This document shows positions 1-8,589 of a stretch of 15,526 nucleotides of DNA, in pieces. The first letter of the stretch is position 1; the number at the start of each line of letters is the position of its first letter. The notes under the pieces are model-generated. The model saw only the letters and a program-made list of their open reading frames with translations, did no database searches and was not told the DNA's origin. Where the stretch lies: the IMG/VR virus record IMGVR_UViG_2869924733_000009. One strand, given 5' to 3'. This DNA is from a virus. Its lineage: Duplodnaviria > Heunggongvirae > Uroviricota > Caudoviricetes. The position numbers and the translations under genes are program-made.

Positions 1-300
1 ATGGATCAGGTCGTTGTTTTTCAAAAGATGTTTGAGCAAGTGAGAAAAGAGCAAAACTTCTCCTGGTTTTATTCAGAATTAAAACATCACCGTATTGCAC
101 ATTACATTTATTATCTGGCTACGGATAACATCAGAATTATTACTCACGATGATACGGTTTTGTTATTAAGAGGAACCAGGAACCTGTTAAAAGTTAGTAC
201 GACCAAGAACCCTGCTAAAATAAAAGAGGCCGCATTGCTTCATATTTGCGGAAAATCTACATTTCGGGAATACTGTTCAACACTAAATAGCTGCGCTTAA
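1..300 (+). CDS. Hypothetical protein, 99 aa as it stands; the last ~14 codons are read from the IS630-family left end
   Basis: ORF beginning at ATG at window position 1 (may extend upstream of the window). AT-rich, no motif I recognise. Stop codon lies inside the IS terminal inverted repeat; without the IS the frame would run on to about 1513. Convergent with the cro-side operon. Confidence 0.3.
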   Translation: MDQVVVFQKMFEQVRKEQNFSWFYSELKHHRIAHYIYYLATDNIRIITHDDTVLLLRGTRNLLKVSTTKNPAKIKEAALLHICGKSTFREYCSTLNSCA

Positions 301-1451
301 TACCGCTACACTTTTGCCAGTCCATGTTTGCCTCCGGGGAATGGGCTGACGGTTTCCATAAAATGGCGAACTTTTTTCAACAGTTGCCACATTGAGCGGC
401 ACTGATGATTACGCGTTATTGTGTCGTGAAGTGCCTGCCATAGCCGTTCAACATGATTCACCCATGGCGAGTAAACCGGCTGATAAATGACCCTGAACTT
501 CGGGTTCTCCTTCAGCCAGCTCTGTGTTTCCCGGCTTTTGTGGATAATGTAGTTGTCCACGATCAGCGTGATGGTTTTCGCCCGACGGTATGTCGCTTTA
601 AGCCGCTTCAGCAGGCTGATGAACAGCGCCGAACTTTTGCTGTTGCCGCCCACATAGCTGACTTTACCTGTCCCGCTGTGCAGCGCTCCGGCCAGATAAT
701 ATTTTTCATTCTGTCCCGGCGTGACCACCCGTTTTTGCTGTCCTCGCAGTTGCCAGTCCGCACCGATTTTGGGATGAAGATGGATATCCACTTCATCTTC
801 ATAAAAGACCGGATGCTCTGCGCTGCATTCGTCCAGTGCTTTATGGATTGCTGCCATCTTTTCATCTTTATACGGGTCACGGATACGCAGAGTTGGCGCA
901 GCCCTTCGCCACACAATCCCCGCAGACGGCAACCAGCGGCGAACGGTTCCGGCATTTAACTGGCAACCGGTTATCTCATTGATTTTTATTGCCAGCAGTT
1001 CTGTACTCCAGCGTGAACGCTGGTAGCCAAAGTCGCCGGGAGAATGTTTTACCAGCTCACGTAACAGTGTGCAGATATGCTCAAACGGCCAGCGACGGGC
1101 ACGCCCGGCAGGTAATGATTTCAGTCCCTCAACACCCGACTGCGTGAACCAGTTAATCCAGCGTCCAACAGAGGAACGGGCGCAGCAGAGCGTTCTGGCA
1201 ACGTCGCTGACACGGTCGCCCCGGTGCAGCATCAGCATGGCAGTCAGTCTGCGGGCATAATTTTTATCGTGTGTTTTATGGATGGCTTTCTGCATCAGGC
1301 GTCGTTCGTCACGGGAAATTGGTGCTATGATCGGCATTGCTCAGTCCGGTTGGTGATTTGTTTTGATTTGGCGATTGATCAGATCGCACAATCCGGGCTA
1401 AGTTCCCTCAAAGTGATCTACTATTCCGCGCAGCTATTTAGTTCCCGAAAA
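260..1451 (-). mobile_element. IS630-family insertion sequence (~1.19 kb) flanked by TA at 258-259 and 1452-1453
   Basis: Single transposase ORF bracketed by terminal inverted repeats: left 260-298 CATTTCGGGAA[TACTGTTCAACA]CTAAATAGCTGCGC, right (reverse complement of 1428-1451) TTTTCGGGAACTAAATAGCTGCGC. Left repeat carries a 12-bp internal insertion. TA duplication is the IS630/Tc1-mariner signature. Confidence 0.75.
306..1337 (-). CDS. IS630-family DDE transposase (343 aa)
   Basis: N-terminal HTH region, C-terminal DDE_3-like region with motif YSPWVNHVERLW typical of IS630/Tc1 transposases; lies between the terminal inverted repeats. Confidence 0.85.
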   Translation of the reverse strand: MPIIAPISRDERRLMQKAIHKTHDKNYARRLTAMLMLHRGDRVSDVARTLCCARSSVGRWINWFTQSGVEGLKSLPAGRARRWPFEHICTLLRELVKHSPGDFGYQRSRWSTELLAIKINEITGCQLNAGTVRRWLPSAGIVWRRAAPTLRIRDPYKDEKMAAIHKALDECSAEHPVFYEDEVDIHLHPKIGADWQLRGQQKRVVTPGQNEKYYLAGALHSGTGKVSYVGGNSKSSALFISLLKRLKATYRRAKTITLIVDNYIIHKSRETQSWLKENPKFRVIYQPVYSPWVNHVERLWQALHDTITRNHQCRSMWQLLKKVRHFMETVSPFPGGKHGLAKV

Positions 1452-1747
1452 TAGGCTGAGCTATGACTGCGCATTCGGGCCACCAGCAGAGGTGGCATTG
1501 CTTTTTCGATAGCTGGTAACAACGCCTGAATTTTTTTAACCGCATCAGGGGTGTCTTTCTCCACCCAGCGGAAAATTTTCTGAGTATTGCGAGCCAGGGC
1601 TTCCGGATGGCTGTCGTCATACAGTTCCGGGAACGTCATTCCCAGCTCGAAATACGCTTTGGTAATTTTCGCAGCCGGTACTTTTTCGCCGTCCGGATGC
1701 GCCCAGGCATTCATCGCCATGCGGATGTGTTCATGCTTGATTTTCAT
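1421..1747 (-). CDS. Phage CII/YdaT-like regulatory protein (tentative); 98 native codons plus a 10-aa extension read from the IS630 end
   Basis: ATG at 1747-1745 overlaps the TGA of the upstream Cro-like gene (ATGA coupling); GGGAG Shine-Dalgarno 7 nt upstream. Removing the IS and one TA copy recreates a TAG stop exactly at codon 99. Family call is from memory. Confidence 0.5.
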   Translation of the reverse strand: MKIKHEHIRMAMNAWAHPDGEKVPAAKITKAYFELGMTFPELYDDSHPEALARNTQKIFRWVEKDTPDAVKKIQALLPAIEKAMPPLLVARMRSHSSAYFRELNSCAE

Positions 1748-1998
1748 GAATCAACTCCCATCAGCTTTTTCGTAGTAGTTTTATTCCTGCCAATAGTTAA
1801 AATTGCATCGGCAGAAAATAATCCGTTTGATGCAAGAGCGATTTTTTCAGCGTAATTTGTTTCGCCGGTATATTCTGTGCGAGGCAATTTTCCGTTATCC
1901 ATCCATTTATAGATTGCTCTTTGGCTGACACCACAAACGTCGGCCACAACAGCAACGCGAACAGTTTTGATTACATCTTCAAGTGTTTTCTGGTTCAT
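1744..1998 (-). CDS. Cro/YdaS-like HTH DNA-binding protein (84 aa from ATG at 1998; the longer ORF starts at 2070)
   Basis: HTH segment VCGVSQRAIYKWMDNGKLP resembles P22-Cro/YdaS-type proteins; divergent from the repressor-like gene; GAGGGTG Shine-Dalgarno 5 nt upstream of the 1998 ATG. Confidence 0.6.
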   Translation of the reverse strand: MNQKTLEDVIKTVRVAVVADVCGVSQRAIYKWMDNGKLPRTEYTGETNYAEKIALASNGLFSADAILTIGRNKTTTKKLMGVDS

Positions 1999-2077
1999 AT
2001 CACCCTCACAATGTGAACTTTGAGTACATGCTATAACAGAACTGACAGTACATTCAAGAGCGAATATCATTGAACTT
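1999..2077. promoter_or_regulatory. Divergent promoter/operator region between the Cro-like and repressor-like genes (OR-like)
   Basis: 79-bp gap between divergent starts containing AGTACAT (2023-2029) and AGTACATT (2047-2054), plus TGAACT/GTTCAT repeats. The same 8-mer recurs downstream of the repressor gene. Confidence 0.4.
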
Positions 2078-2497
2078 ATGGTTCATGAAGATAAAGCGCG
2101 TAAAGAGTTCGCCAGTAGGCTTGCGCTAGCCTGTGAAAACGCTGGTTATGAACAACATGGAAGGCAGGCAGAAATTGCCCGTCGAATGAAATTAACACCA
2201 AAAGCGGTTAGCAAATGGTTTAATGGCGAAACAATTCCTCGCCGGGAGAAATTAAGGGAATTAGCAACACTAATAGGAACAACACCAACCTATCTTTTGG
2301 GAGAGGATACAGAAGAAAGTGGACAGGTACGTTTCTATCAGGAGTTAAATCCAAGACAAAAAATCATCATTGACCTTCTGGACGAGCTCCCTGACAGTGA
2401 GACAGATGAACTTTTAAAAACTCTTGAAGAGAAAAAACAGAAGTACAATGCAATTTACGAAGAGTTAGCACGAAAGAAAAAACAAAAAGCCTCTTAA
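2078..2497 (+). CDS. Phage repressor-like XRE-family HTH protein (139 aa), no LexA-type peptidase domain (RacR/DicA-like)
   Basis: HTH segment GRQAEIARRMKLTPKAVSKWFNGETIP, C-terminal charged coiled-coil-like tail; divergent from the Cro-like gene and transcribed toward the integrase, as for lambdoid cI. Confidence 0.65.
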   Translation: MVHEDKARKEFASRLALACENAGYEQHGRQAEIARRMKLTPKAVSKWFNGETIPRREKLRELATLIGTTPTYLLGEDTEESGQVRFYQELNPRQKIIIDLLDELPDSETDELLKTLEEKKQKYNAIYEELARKKKQKAS

Positions 2498-2571
2498 ACC
2501 AGCATAAATCCGGTAGCGCCTTCCTCCGGGTTTGTGCTTCACTTTATCCCATCTCATTTTTTTACACACAA

Positions 2572-2614
2572 AATGTACTAAAAGTACTTTACAACAATGA
2601 ACGCAAAGTACATT
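2572..2614. promoter_or_regulatory. Operator-like palindromic cluster downstream of the repressor gene (OL-like candidate)
   Basis: AATGTACT (2572-2579) and AGTACATT (2607-2614) form an inverted pair around the perfect 10-bp palindrome AAAGTACTTT (2581-2590); shares the AGTACATT motif with the divergent promoter region. Confidence 0.35.
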
Positions 2615-2732
2615 ATATGCCTGCCACCCACCCCGCCCCACAGAATGCAGGGCAATACTTCGAGTTACCAGGCAGTGGTCAGGGGTTAAGTAGCCAGCCC
2701 GAGGCGTAAGAACATGACGGCAGGGTTCAACT

Positions 2733-2740
2733 TTAATAAC
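2733..2740. repeat. 8-bp target-site duplication TTAATAAC of the outer IS66-family copy (partner at 8213-8220)
   Basis: Identical 8-mers directly abut both GTAAGCG... termini of the element; 8-bp duplication is characteristic of the IS66 family. Confidence 0.85.
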
Positions 2741-2772
2741 GTAAGCGCCCCGAGAAGTACGTAGCGTAAGGA

Positions 2773-3630
2773 TTATTTTACAGACGAGAAGTTCCAGGGC
2801 AGCAGTTCATGCACTTGGTTCGACGGCCAGTCATTGAGCTTCTCGATCACTTCGCGCAACCAGTCCTCCGGCTCCACTTCGTTCTGTTTGCAGGTGACCA
2901 GCAGACTGTAGATGATCGCCGCACTTTCTCCTCCCTTGTCTGAGCCGAAAAAGAGATAATTTTTTCTTCCAACCGCCACCGATCGTAACGCGTTTTCACC
3001 GATGTTGTTGTCTATTTCCACCCAGCCGTCACGACAGAACTCGTTCAGCGCATTCCAGTGATTCAGGATATAGTCGAACGCCTTCGCCATCTCCGCATGT
3101 TTCGACAGCGTTTTCCTCTGCAACTGTATCCAGTCGTACAACGACTGCATCAACTGGACGCTTCTGGCTTTTCTGACTGCAAGCCGTTCCTCTGCCGGAC
3201 TGCCACGTATCTCCGCTTCTATGTCGTATAACTCTGCTATCCGTCTGAGCGCTTCCTGAGTCATTTCTGTCGGACGGCGCACATCCTCGTCATGGATTTT
3301 TCGGCGGGCGTGGGCCAGGCACCCGGCTTCCTTCACCCGGCCCGTTTCGTACAGTACGTTATAACCTGCATAGGCATCAGCCTGCAGTACGCCCTGATAC
3401 TTTGCCAGGTGGAGCTGCGGATGTTCTCCTTTGCGATCTGCCGAATACGCGAACCAGACGGCTGCCGGCAGGGATGAACCCGCATTACGATCATCCCTGA
3501 CGTATACCCACAGACGACCCGTTTTCGTCTTTCCGTTCCCCGGGGCCAGTACTTTCACCGGAGTGTCATCTGCGTGCACCTTTCCTGCCTCCAGAACATA
3601 GTCATTCAGCGCTATATACAGAGGACGGAG
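2773..3630 (-). pseudogene. IS66 tnpC C-terminal fragment of copy B (equivalent to residues ~266-533)
   Basis: 268-aa ORF identical to the copy A TnpC C-terminus except one residue (HWNALNEF versus HWNTLNEF); severed from its N-terminus by copy A. Confidence 0.85.
3623..3630. repeat. 8-bp target-site duplication GGACGGAG of the nested IS66-family copy A (partner at 6385-6392)
   Basis: Identical 8-mers flank copy A; the uninterrupted sequence CAGAGGACGGAGTTTGTC is present once in copy A's own tnpC (reverse complement of ~5497-5514). Confidence 0.9.
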
Positions 3631-3712
3631 GTAAGCGCCCCATCAGCGACGTCTTGTGAAAATTGTCCTGTCTGGCAACAATCGCGCCCATCTATATTGA
3701 TGGACACGAACG

Positions 3713-4387
3713 ATGAATTCCCAGACAACAAAAGATATTCCCTGCTTCCGTTCTTATTTGCCTGATGCCCTACGTTTAAGATTTGAAGATAAACTGACCA
3801 TCCGGGCCATCGCTCAGCGTCTGGGTCTCAGTCATTCCACAATACATACGCTTTTTCAGCGATTTCTTGCATCCGGTATCGCATGGCCATTGCCCGATTC
3901 AGTTTCATTCGCTCAACTTGACGCCATCCTTTATGCCAACAGAAAGAAGGAATTAACAGAGCCTCAAATCAGAGAAGGCTCATGGCGAAAAGAACGGCGA
4001 ACCAGCTATAGCCGTGAATTTAAGGTCCGTCTGGCTAAGCAGGCGTTACAGCCTGGGGCTGTTGTTGCCCGGATCGCCAGAGAACACGATATCAATAATA
4101 ACCTGCTGTTTAAATGGAAAAGCCAGTACGAGGACGGCTTACTGAGCGATGATGACATACAGGAATGCATGCCTGTCCCGGTGGCACTGACTGATACGCC
4201 GGAGCCGACCAGACCAGTTACAAATCCCTTCTGGCGTAACAAGCATGATGAGCGCCCTGAGGGGGCTCCCGGAAACGTCCCACGGTGCGAGCTGCATCTT
4301 AAATCAGGTGTGGTAAAACTGTTTGACCCTCTCACTCCGGAACTGTTACGGGCGCTAATCCGCGAAATGAAAGGGGGTATCCGATGA
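3713..4387 (+). CDS. tnpA: IS66-family accessory protein TnpA (orf1), 224 aa
   Basis: HTH-containing; C-terminal half (SYSREFKVRLAKQALQPGAVVARIAREHDINNNLLFKWK) matches the IS66/IS3-type orf1 pattern; stop overlaps the tnpB start (ATGA). Confidence 0.8.
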   Translation: MNSQTTKDIPCFRSYLPDALRLRFEDKLTIRAIAQRLGLSHSTIHTLFQRFLASGIAWPLPDSVSFAQLDAILYANRKKELTEPQIREGSWRKERRTSYSREFKVRLAKQALQPGAVVARIAREHDINNNLLFKWKSQYEDGLLSDDDIQECMPVPVALTDTPEPTRPVTNPFWRNKHDERPEGAPGNVPRCELHLKSGVVKLFDPLTPELLRALIREMKGGIR

Positions 4388-4731
4388 TAACGCTGCCGAC
4401 CGGTACCAAAATCTGGATCATCGCTGGCATCACAGATATGCGTTGTGGCTTCAATGGCCTGGCTTCGAAGGTGCAGAACACGCTGAAAGATGACCCGTTC
4501 TCCGGGCATATCTTCGTCTTCCGGGGCCGCAGTGGCAAAATGGTGAAAATACTGTGGGCCGATCGTGACGGGTTATGCCTGTTCGCCAAACGCCTGGAAC
4601 GGGGCCGCTTCGTCTGGCCGGTGACCCGGGAAGGGAAAGTGCACCTGACGCCAGCTCAGTTATCCATGCTACTGGAGGGGATCGCGTGGCAACATCCCAA
4701 ACGGACAGAACGGCCTGGCATCCGGATATAA
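4384..4731 (+). CDS. tnpB: IS66-family TnpB (orf2), 115 aa
   Basis: Typical size and sequence (MITLPTGTKIWIIAGITDMRCGFNGLA...); translationally coupled to tnpA. Confidence 0.85.
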   Translation: MITLPTGTKIWIIAGITDMRCGFNGLASKVQNTLKDDPFSGHIFVFRGRSGKMVKILWADRDGLCLFAKRLERGRFVWPVTREGKVHLTPAQLSMLLEGIAWQHPKRTERPGIRI

Positions 4732-4750
4732 CCCGTGATAAAACAAGGGA

Positions 4751-6352
4751 ATGAACAATGAACTCCCCGATGATATTGAGCTGCTTAAAGCCATGTTGCG
4801 TAAGCAACAGAGTCGGCTTCGACAGTATGCCTGTCAGGTCGCGGGCTATGAGCAGGAAATTGAACGGCTGAAAGCGCAACTCGACAGGTTGCGTCGTATG
4901 TTGTTCGGCCAGAGTTCAGAGAAAAAGCGTCATAAGCTTGAAAATCAGATCCGACAGGCAGAAAAACGACTGTCGGAACTGGAAAACCGGCTGAACACAG
5001 CCAGAAATCTTCTGGAAGATGCATCGTCAGTCACAGATTCACCTGACACCAGTCCCCCGTCAGAAAACCCGATCGCCAGTAAGCCTGAATCCCCGGGACG
5101 AAAATCTTCACGAAAACCGCTGCCGGCAGAACTTCCCCGGGAGACACATCGCCTTCTGCCTGCTGAAACCAGTTGCCCGGCCTGTGGAGGTGTTCTGAAA
5201 GAAATGGGGGAAACAATCTCAGAGCAACTGGATATCATTAATACCGCCTTTAAAGTTATCGAAACCATACGTCCCAAACTGGCCTGTAGCCGGTGTGATG
5301 TCATCGTTCAGGCACCACTTCCCCCTAAACCGATCGAACGCGGTTATGCCAGTGCAGGGTTACTTGCACGGATCCTGGTCAGCAAATATATGGAACATAT
5401 CCCTTTATATCGCCAGTCAGAAATATACGCGCGACAGGGCGTGGAGCTGAGCCGTAATACCATGGTGCGCTGGGTATCAGAAATGGCAGACAAACTCCGT
5501 CCTCTGTATATAGCGCTGAATGACTATGTTCTGGAGGCAGGAAAGGTGCACGCAGATGACACTCCGGTGAAAGTACTGGCCCCGGGGAACGGAAAGACGA
5601 AAACGGGTCGTCTGTGGGTATACGTCAGGGATGATCGTAATGCGGGTTCATCCCTGCCGGCAGCCGTCTGGTTCGCGTATTCGGCAGATCGCAAAGGAGA
5701 ACATCCGCAGCTCCACCTGGCAAAGTATCAGGGCGTACTGCAGGCTGATGCCTATGCAGGTTATAACGTACTGTACGAAACGGGCCGGGTGAAGGAAGCC
5801 GGGTGCCTGGCCCACGCCCGCCGAAAAATCCATGACGAGGATGTGCGCCGTCCGACAGAAATGACTCAGGAAGCGCTCAGACGGATAGCAGAGTTATACG
5901 ACATAGAAGCGGAGATACGTGGCAGTCCGGCAGAGGAACGGCTTGCAGTCAGAAAAGCCAGAAGCGTCCAGTTGATGCAGTCGTTGTACGACTGGATACA
6001 GTTGCAGAGGAAAACGCTGTCGAAACATGCGGAGATGGCGAAGGCGTTCGACTATATCCTGAATCACTGGAATACGCTGAACGAGTTCTGTCGTGACGGC
6101 TGGGTGGAAATAGACAACAACATCGGTGAAAACGCGTTACGATCGGTGGCGGTTGGAAGAAAAAATTATCTCTTTTTCGGCTCAGACAAGGGAGGAGAAA
6201 GTGCGGCGATCATCTACAGTCTGCTGGTCACCTGCAAACAGAACGAAGTGGAGCCGGAGGACTGGTTGCGCGAAGTGATCGAGAAGCTCAATGACTGGCC
6301 GTCGAACCAAGTGCATGAACTGCTGCCCTGGAACTTCTCGTCTGTAAAATAA
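4751..6352 (+). CDS. tnpC: IS66-family transposase TnpC (orf3), 533 aa
   Basis: N-terminal coiled-coil/leucine zipper, CPACGG...CSRC zinc-finger-like motif, DDE catalytic core region ([10 protein letters not shown]...); intact ORF. Confidence 0.9.
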   Translation: MNNELPDDIELLKAMLRKQQSRLRQYACQVAGYEQEIERLKAQLDRLRRMLFGQSSEKKRHKLENQIRQAEKRLSELENRLNTARNLLEDASSVTDSPDTSPPSENPIASKPESPGRKSSRKPLPAELPRETHRLLPAETSCPACGGVLKEMGETISEQLDIINTAFKVIETIRPKLACSRCDVIVQAPLPPKPIERGYASAGLLARILVSKYMEHIPLYRQSEIYARQGVELSRNTMVRWVSEMADKLRPLYIALNDYVLEAGKVHADDTPVKVLAPGNGKTKTGRLWVYVRDDRNAGSSLPAAVWFAYSADRKGEHPQLHLAKYQGVLQADAYAGYNVLYETGRVKEAGCLAHARRKIHDEDVRRPTEMTQEALRRIAELYDIEAEIRGSPAEERLAVRKARSVQLMQSLYDWIQLQRKTLSKHAEMAKAFDYILNHWNTLNEFCRDGWVEIDNNIGENALRSVAVGRKNYLFFGSDKGGESAAIIYSLLVTCKQNEVEPEDWLREVIEKLNDWPSNQVHELLPWNFSSVK

Positions 6353-6380
6353 TCCTTACGCTACGTACTTCTCGGGGCGC

Positions 6381-7092
6381 TTACGGACGGAGTTTGTCTG
6401 CCATTTCTGATACCCAGCGCACCATGGTATTACGGCTCAGCTCCACGCCCTGTCGCGCGTATATTTCTGACTGGCGATATAAAGGGATATGTTCCATATA
6501 TTTGCTGACCAGGATCCGTGCAAGTAACCCTGCACTGGCATAACCGCGTTCGATCGGTTTAGGGGGAAGTGGTGCCTGAACGATGACATCACACCGGCTA
6601 CAGGCCAGTTTGGGACGTATGGTTTCGATAACTTTAAAGGCGGTATTAATGATATCCAGTTGCTCTGAGATTGTTTCCCCCATTTCTTTCAGAACACCTC
6701 CACAGGCCGGGCAACTGGTTTCAGCAGGCAGAAGGCGATGTGTCTCCCGGGGATTCAGGCTTACTGGCGATCGGGTTTTCTGACGGGGGACTGGTGTCAG
6801 GTGAATCTGTGACTGACGATGCATCTTCCAGAAGATTTCTGGCTGTGTTCAGCCGGTTTTCCAGTTCCGACAGTCGTTTTTCTGCCTGTCGGATCTGATT
6901 TTCAAGCTTATGACGCTTTTTCTCTGAACTCTGGCCGAACAACATACGACGCAACCTGTCGAGTTGCGCTTTCAGCCGTTCAATTTCCTGCTCATAGCCC
7001 GCGACCTGACAGGCATACTGTCGAAGCCGACTCTGTTGCTTACGCAACATGGCTTTAAGCAGCTCAATATCATCGGGGAGTTCATTGTTCAT
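6381..7092 (-). pseudogene. IS66 tnpC N-terminal portion of copy B, frameshifted by a 44-bp deletion between CCCCGGG direct repeats
   Basis: Two overlapping ORFs (6721-7092 and 6381-6824) together cover TnpC residues 1-~265. Copy A has two CCCCGGG copies (5091-5097, 5135-5141); copy B has one (about 6746-6752) and lacks the 44 bp between. The fragment's stop codon is supplied by the copy A terminus. Confidence 0.85.
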
Positions 7093-7111
7093 TCCCTTGT
7101 TTTATCACGGG

Positions 7112-7459
7112 TTATATCCGGATGCCAGGCCGTTCTGTCCGTTTGGGATGTTGCCACGCGATCCCCTCCAGTAGCATGGATAACTGAGCTGGCGTCAGGT
7201 GCACTTTCCCTTCCCGGGTCACCGGCCAGACGAAGCGGCCCCGTTCCAGGCGTTTGGCGAACAGGCATAACCCGTCACGATCGGCCCACAGTATTTTCAC
7301 CATTTTGCCACTGCGGCCCCGGAAGACGAAGATATGCCCGGAGAACGGGTCATCTTTCAGCGTGTTCTGCACCTTCGAAGCCAGGCCATTGAAGCCACAA
7401 CGCATATCTGTGATGCCAGCGATGATCCAGATTCTGGTACCGGTCGGCAGCGTTATCAT
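7112..7459 (-). CDS. tnpB: IS66-family TnpB of copy B, 115 aa (one K-to-R difference from copy A)
   Basis: Near-identical to 4384-4731 on the opposite strand. Confidence 0.8.
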   Translation of the reverse strand: MITLPTGTRIWIIAGITDMRCGFNGLASKVQNTLKDDPFSGHIFVFRGRSGKMVKILWADRDGLCLFAKRLERGRFVWPVTREGKVHLTPAQLSMLLEGIAWQHPKRTERPGIRI

Positions 7460-8130
7460 CGGATACCCCCTTTCATTTCGCGGATTAGCGCCCGTAACAG
7501 TTCCGGAGTGAGAGGGTCAAACAGTTTTACCACACCTGATTTAAGATGCAGCTCGCACCGTGGGACGTTTCCGGGAGCCCCCTCAGGGCGCTCATCATGC
7601 TTGTTACGCCAGAAGGGATTTGTAACTGGTCTGGTCGGCTCCGGCGTATCAGTCAGTGCCACCGGGACAGGCATGCATTCCTGTATGTCATCATCGCTCA
7701 GTAAGCCGTCCTCGTACTGGCTTTTCCATTTAAACAGCAGGTTATCATTGATATCGTGTTCTCTGGCGATCCGGGCAACAACAGCCCCAGGCTGTAACGC
7801 CTGCTTAGCCAGACGGACCTTAAATTCACGGCTATAGCTGGTTCGCCGTTCTTTTCGCCATGAGCCTTCTCTGATTTGAGGCTCTGTTAATTCCTTCTTT
7901 CTGTTGGCATAAAGGATGGCGTCAAGTTGAGCGAATGAAACTGAATCGGGCAATGGCCATGCGATACCGGATGCAAGAAATCGCTGAAAAAGCGTATGTA
8001 TTGTGGAATGACTGAGACCCAGACGCTGAGCGATGGCCCGGATGGTCAGTTTATCTTCAAATCTTAAACGCAGGGCATCAGGCAAATAAGAACGGAAGCA
8101 GGGAATATCTTTTGTTGTCTGGGAATTCAT
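7456..8130 (-). CDS. tnpA: IS66-family TnpA of copy B, 224 aa (one N-to-D difference from copy A)
   Basis: Near-identical to 3713-4387 on the opposite strand. Confidence 0.8.
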   Translation of the reverse strand: MNSQTTKDIPCFRSYLPDALRLRFEDKLTIRAIAQRLGLSHSTIHTLFQRFLASGIAWPLPDSVSFAQLDAILYANRKKELTEPQIREGSWRKERRTSYSREFKVRLAKQALQPGAVVARIAREHDINDNLLFKWKSQYEDGLLSDDDIQECMPVPVALTDTPEPTRPVTNPFWRNKHDERPEGAPGNVPRCELHLKSGVVKLFDPLTPELLRALIREMKGGIR

Positions 8131-8274
8131 CGTTCGTGTCCATCAATATAGATGGGCGCGATTGTTGCCAGACAGGACAATTTTCACAAGACGTCGCTGA
8201 TGGGGCGCTTACTTAATAACTATGCAGCAGGTTTTTGTTCCGCTACCCCGGCGTTAAGGGGAAATGAGGTCAGC

Positions 8275-8430
8275 ATGGATACTATCGATCTTGGCAACAA
8301 CGAATCTCTGGTGTACGGCGTGTTTCCCAACCAGGACGGCACCTTCACCGCAATGACGTATACCAAAAGCAAAACGTTTAAAACCGAATCTGGAGCGCGT
8401 CGCTGGCTGGAAAGAAATTCAGGTGGGTGA
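8275..8430 (+). CDS. Small prophage early-region protein, 51 aa (YdaF/YdaG-type by size and position; tentative)
   Basis: ATG at 8275 with GAGG 7 nt upstream. The longer 8152 ORF on the track begins inside the IS66 terminus and is rejected as the start. Confidence 0.55.
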   Translation: MDTIDLGNNESLVYGVFPNQDGTFTAMTYTKSKTFKTESGARRWLERNSGG

Positions 8431-8431
8431 T

Positions 8432-8560
8432 ATGGATTTCGACACAATCATGGAAAAGGCTTACGAAGAATACTTCGAAGGCCTTGCCGAAGGCGAAGAA
8501 GCTCTCAGCTTCAGCGAATTTAAACAGGCGCTTTCCAGTTCGGCAAAATCTAACGGCTGA
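8432..8560 (+). CDS. Small prophage protein, 42 aa (MDFDTIMEKAYEEYFEGLAEGEEALSFSEFKQALSSSAKSNG); absent from the ORF track because of its length
   Basis: ATG at 8432 lies 1 nt after the TGA of the preceding gene, with GGTGGG just upstream; clean ORF ending TGA 8558-8560; acidic helical-looking peptide. Confidence 0.5.
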   Translation: MDFDTIMEKAYEEYFEGLAEGEEALSFSEFKQALSSSAKSNG

Positions 8561-8589
8561 TAAGCGAAACAGCACCGCGAGGAATCAGC

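Larger units (their letters stand above)
3631..6384 (+). mobile_element. IS66-family element copy A (2754 bp, intact), inserted in opposite orientation inside the tnpC of copy B
   Basis: Termini begin with GTAA (left GTAAGCGCCCC at 3631; right ...GGGGCGCTTAC ending 6384); three intact ORFs tnpA-tnpB-tnpC; 8-bp duplication. Confidence 0.9.
2741..8212 (-). mobile_element. IS66-family element copy B (outer copy, minus orientation), inactivated by nested insertion of copy A and by a 44-bp deletion in tnpC
   Basis: Termini at 2741 (GTAAGCGCCCCGAGAAGTACG...) and 8212 (reverse complement GTAAGCGCCCCATCAGCGAC...). Carries tnpA and tnpB intact and tnpC in fragments; length is 2710 bp after removing copy A and one duplication. 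Confidence 0.85.

Noticed and set aside
453-1454. Plus-strand ORFs 453-959, 1069-1260, 1224-1454 and minus 608-955 inside the IS630-family element
   Set aside because: Overlap the 343-aa transposase in other frames or on the other strand; no independent support.
2498-2570. Possible intrinsic terminator after the repressor gene (CCGG...CCGG stem followed by GTTT, and a T7 run at ~2553-2559)
   Set aside because: Stem is only 4 bp and the T-run is not adjacent to a stable hairpin; not convincing as a rho-independent terminator.
3292-7837. Many 60-170 aa ORFs on the strand opposite the IS66 tnpA/tnpB/tnpC genes (for example 4006-4509, 4451-4879, 4945-5304, 6964-7392, 7334-7837)
   Set aside because: All are antisense to clearly recognisable IS66 genes or their duplicated copies, lack ribosome-binding sites, and come in mirrored pairs because of the IS duplication; they are shadows of the transposase frames.
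8152-8430. 92-aa ORF start at 8152 on the track
   Set aside because: Its first 60 nt lie inside the IS66 copy B terminus (element ends at 8212); the biologically sensible start is the ATG at 8275 with a GAGG Shine-Dalgarno.
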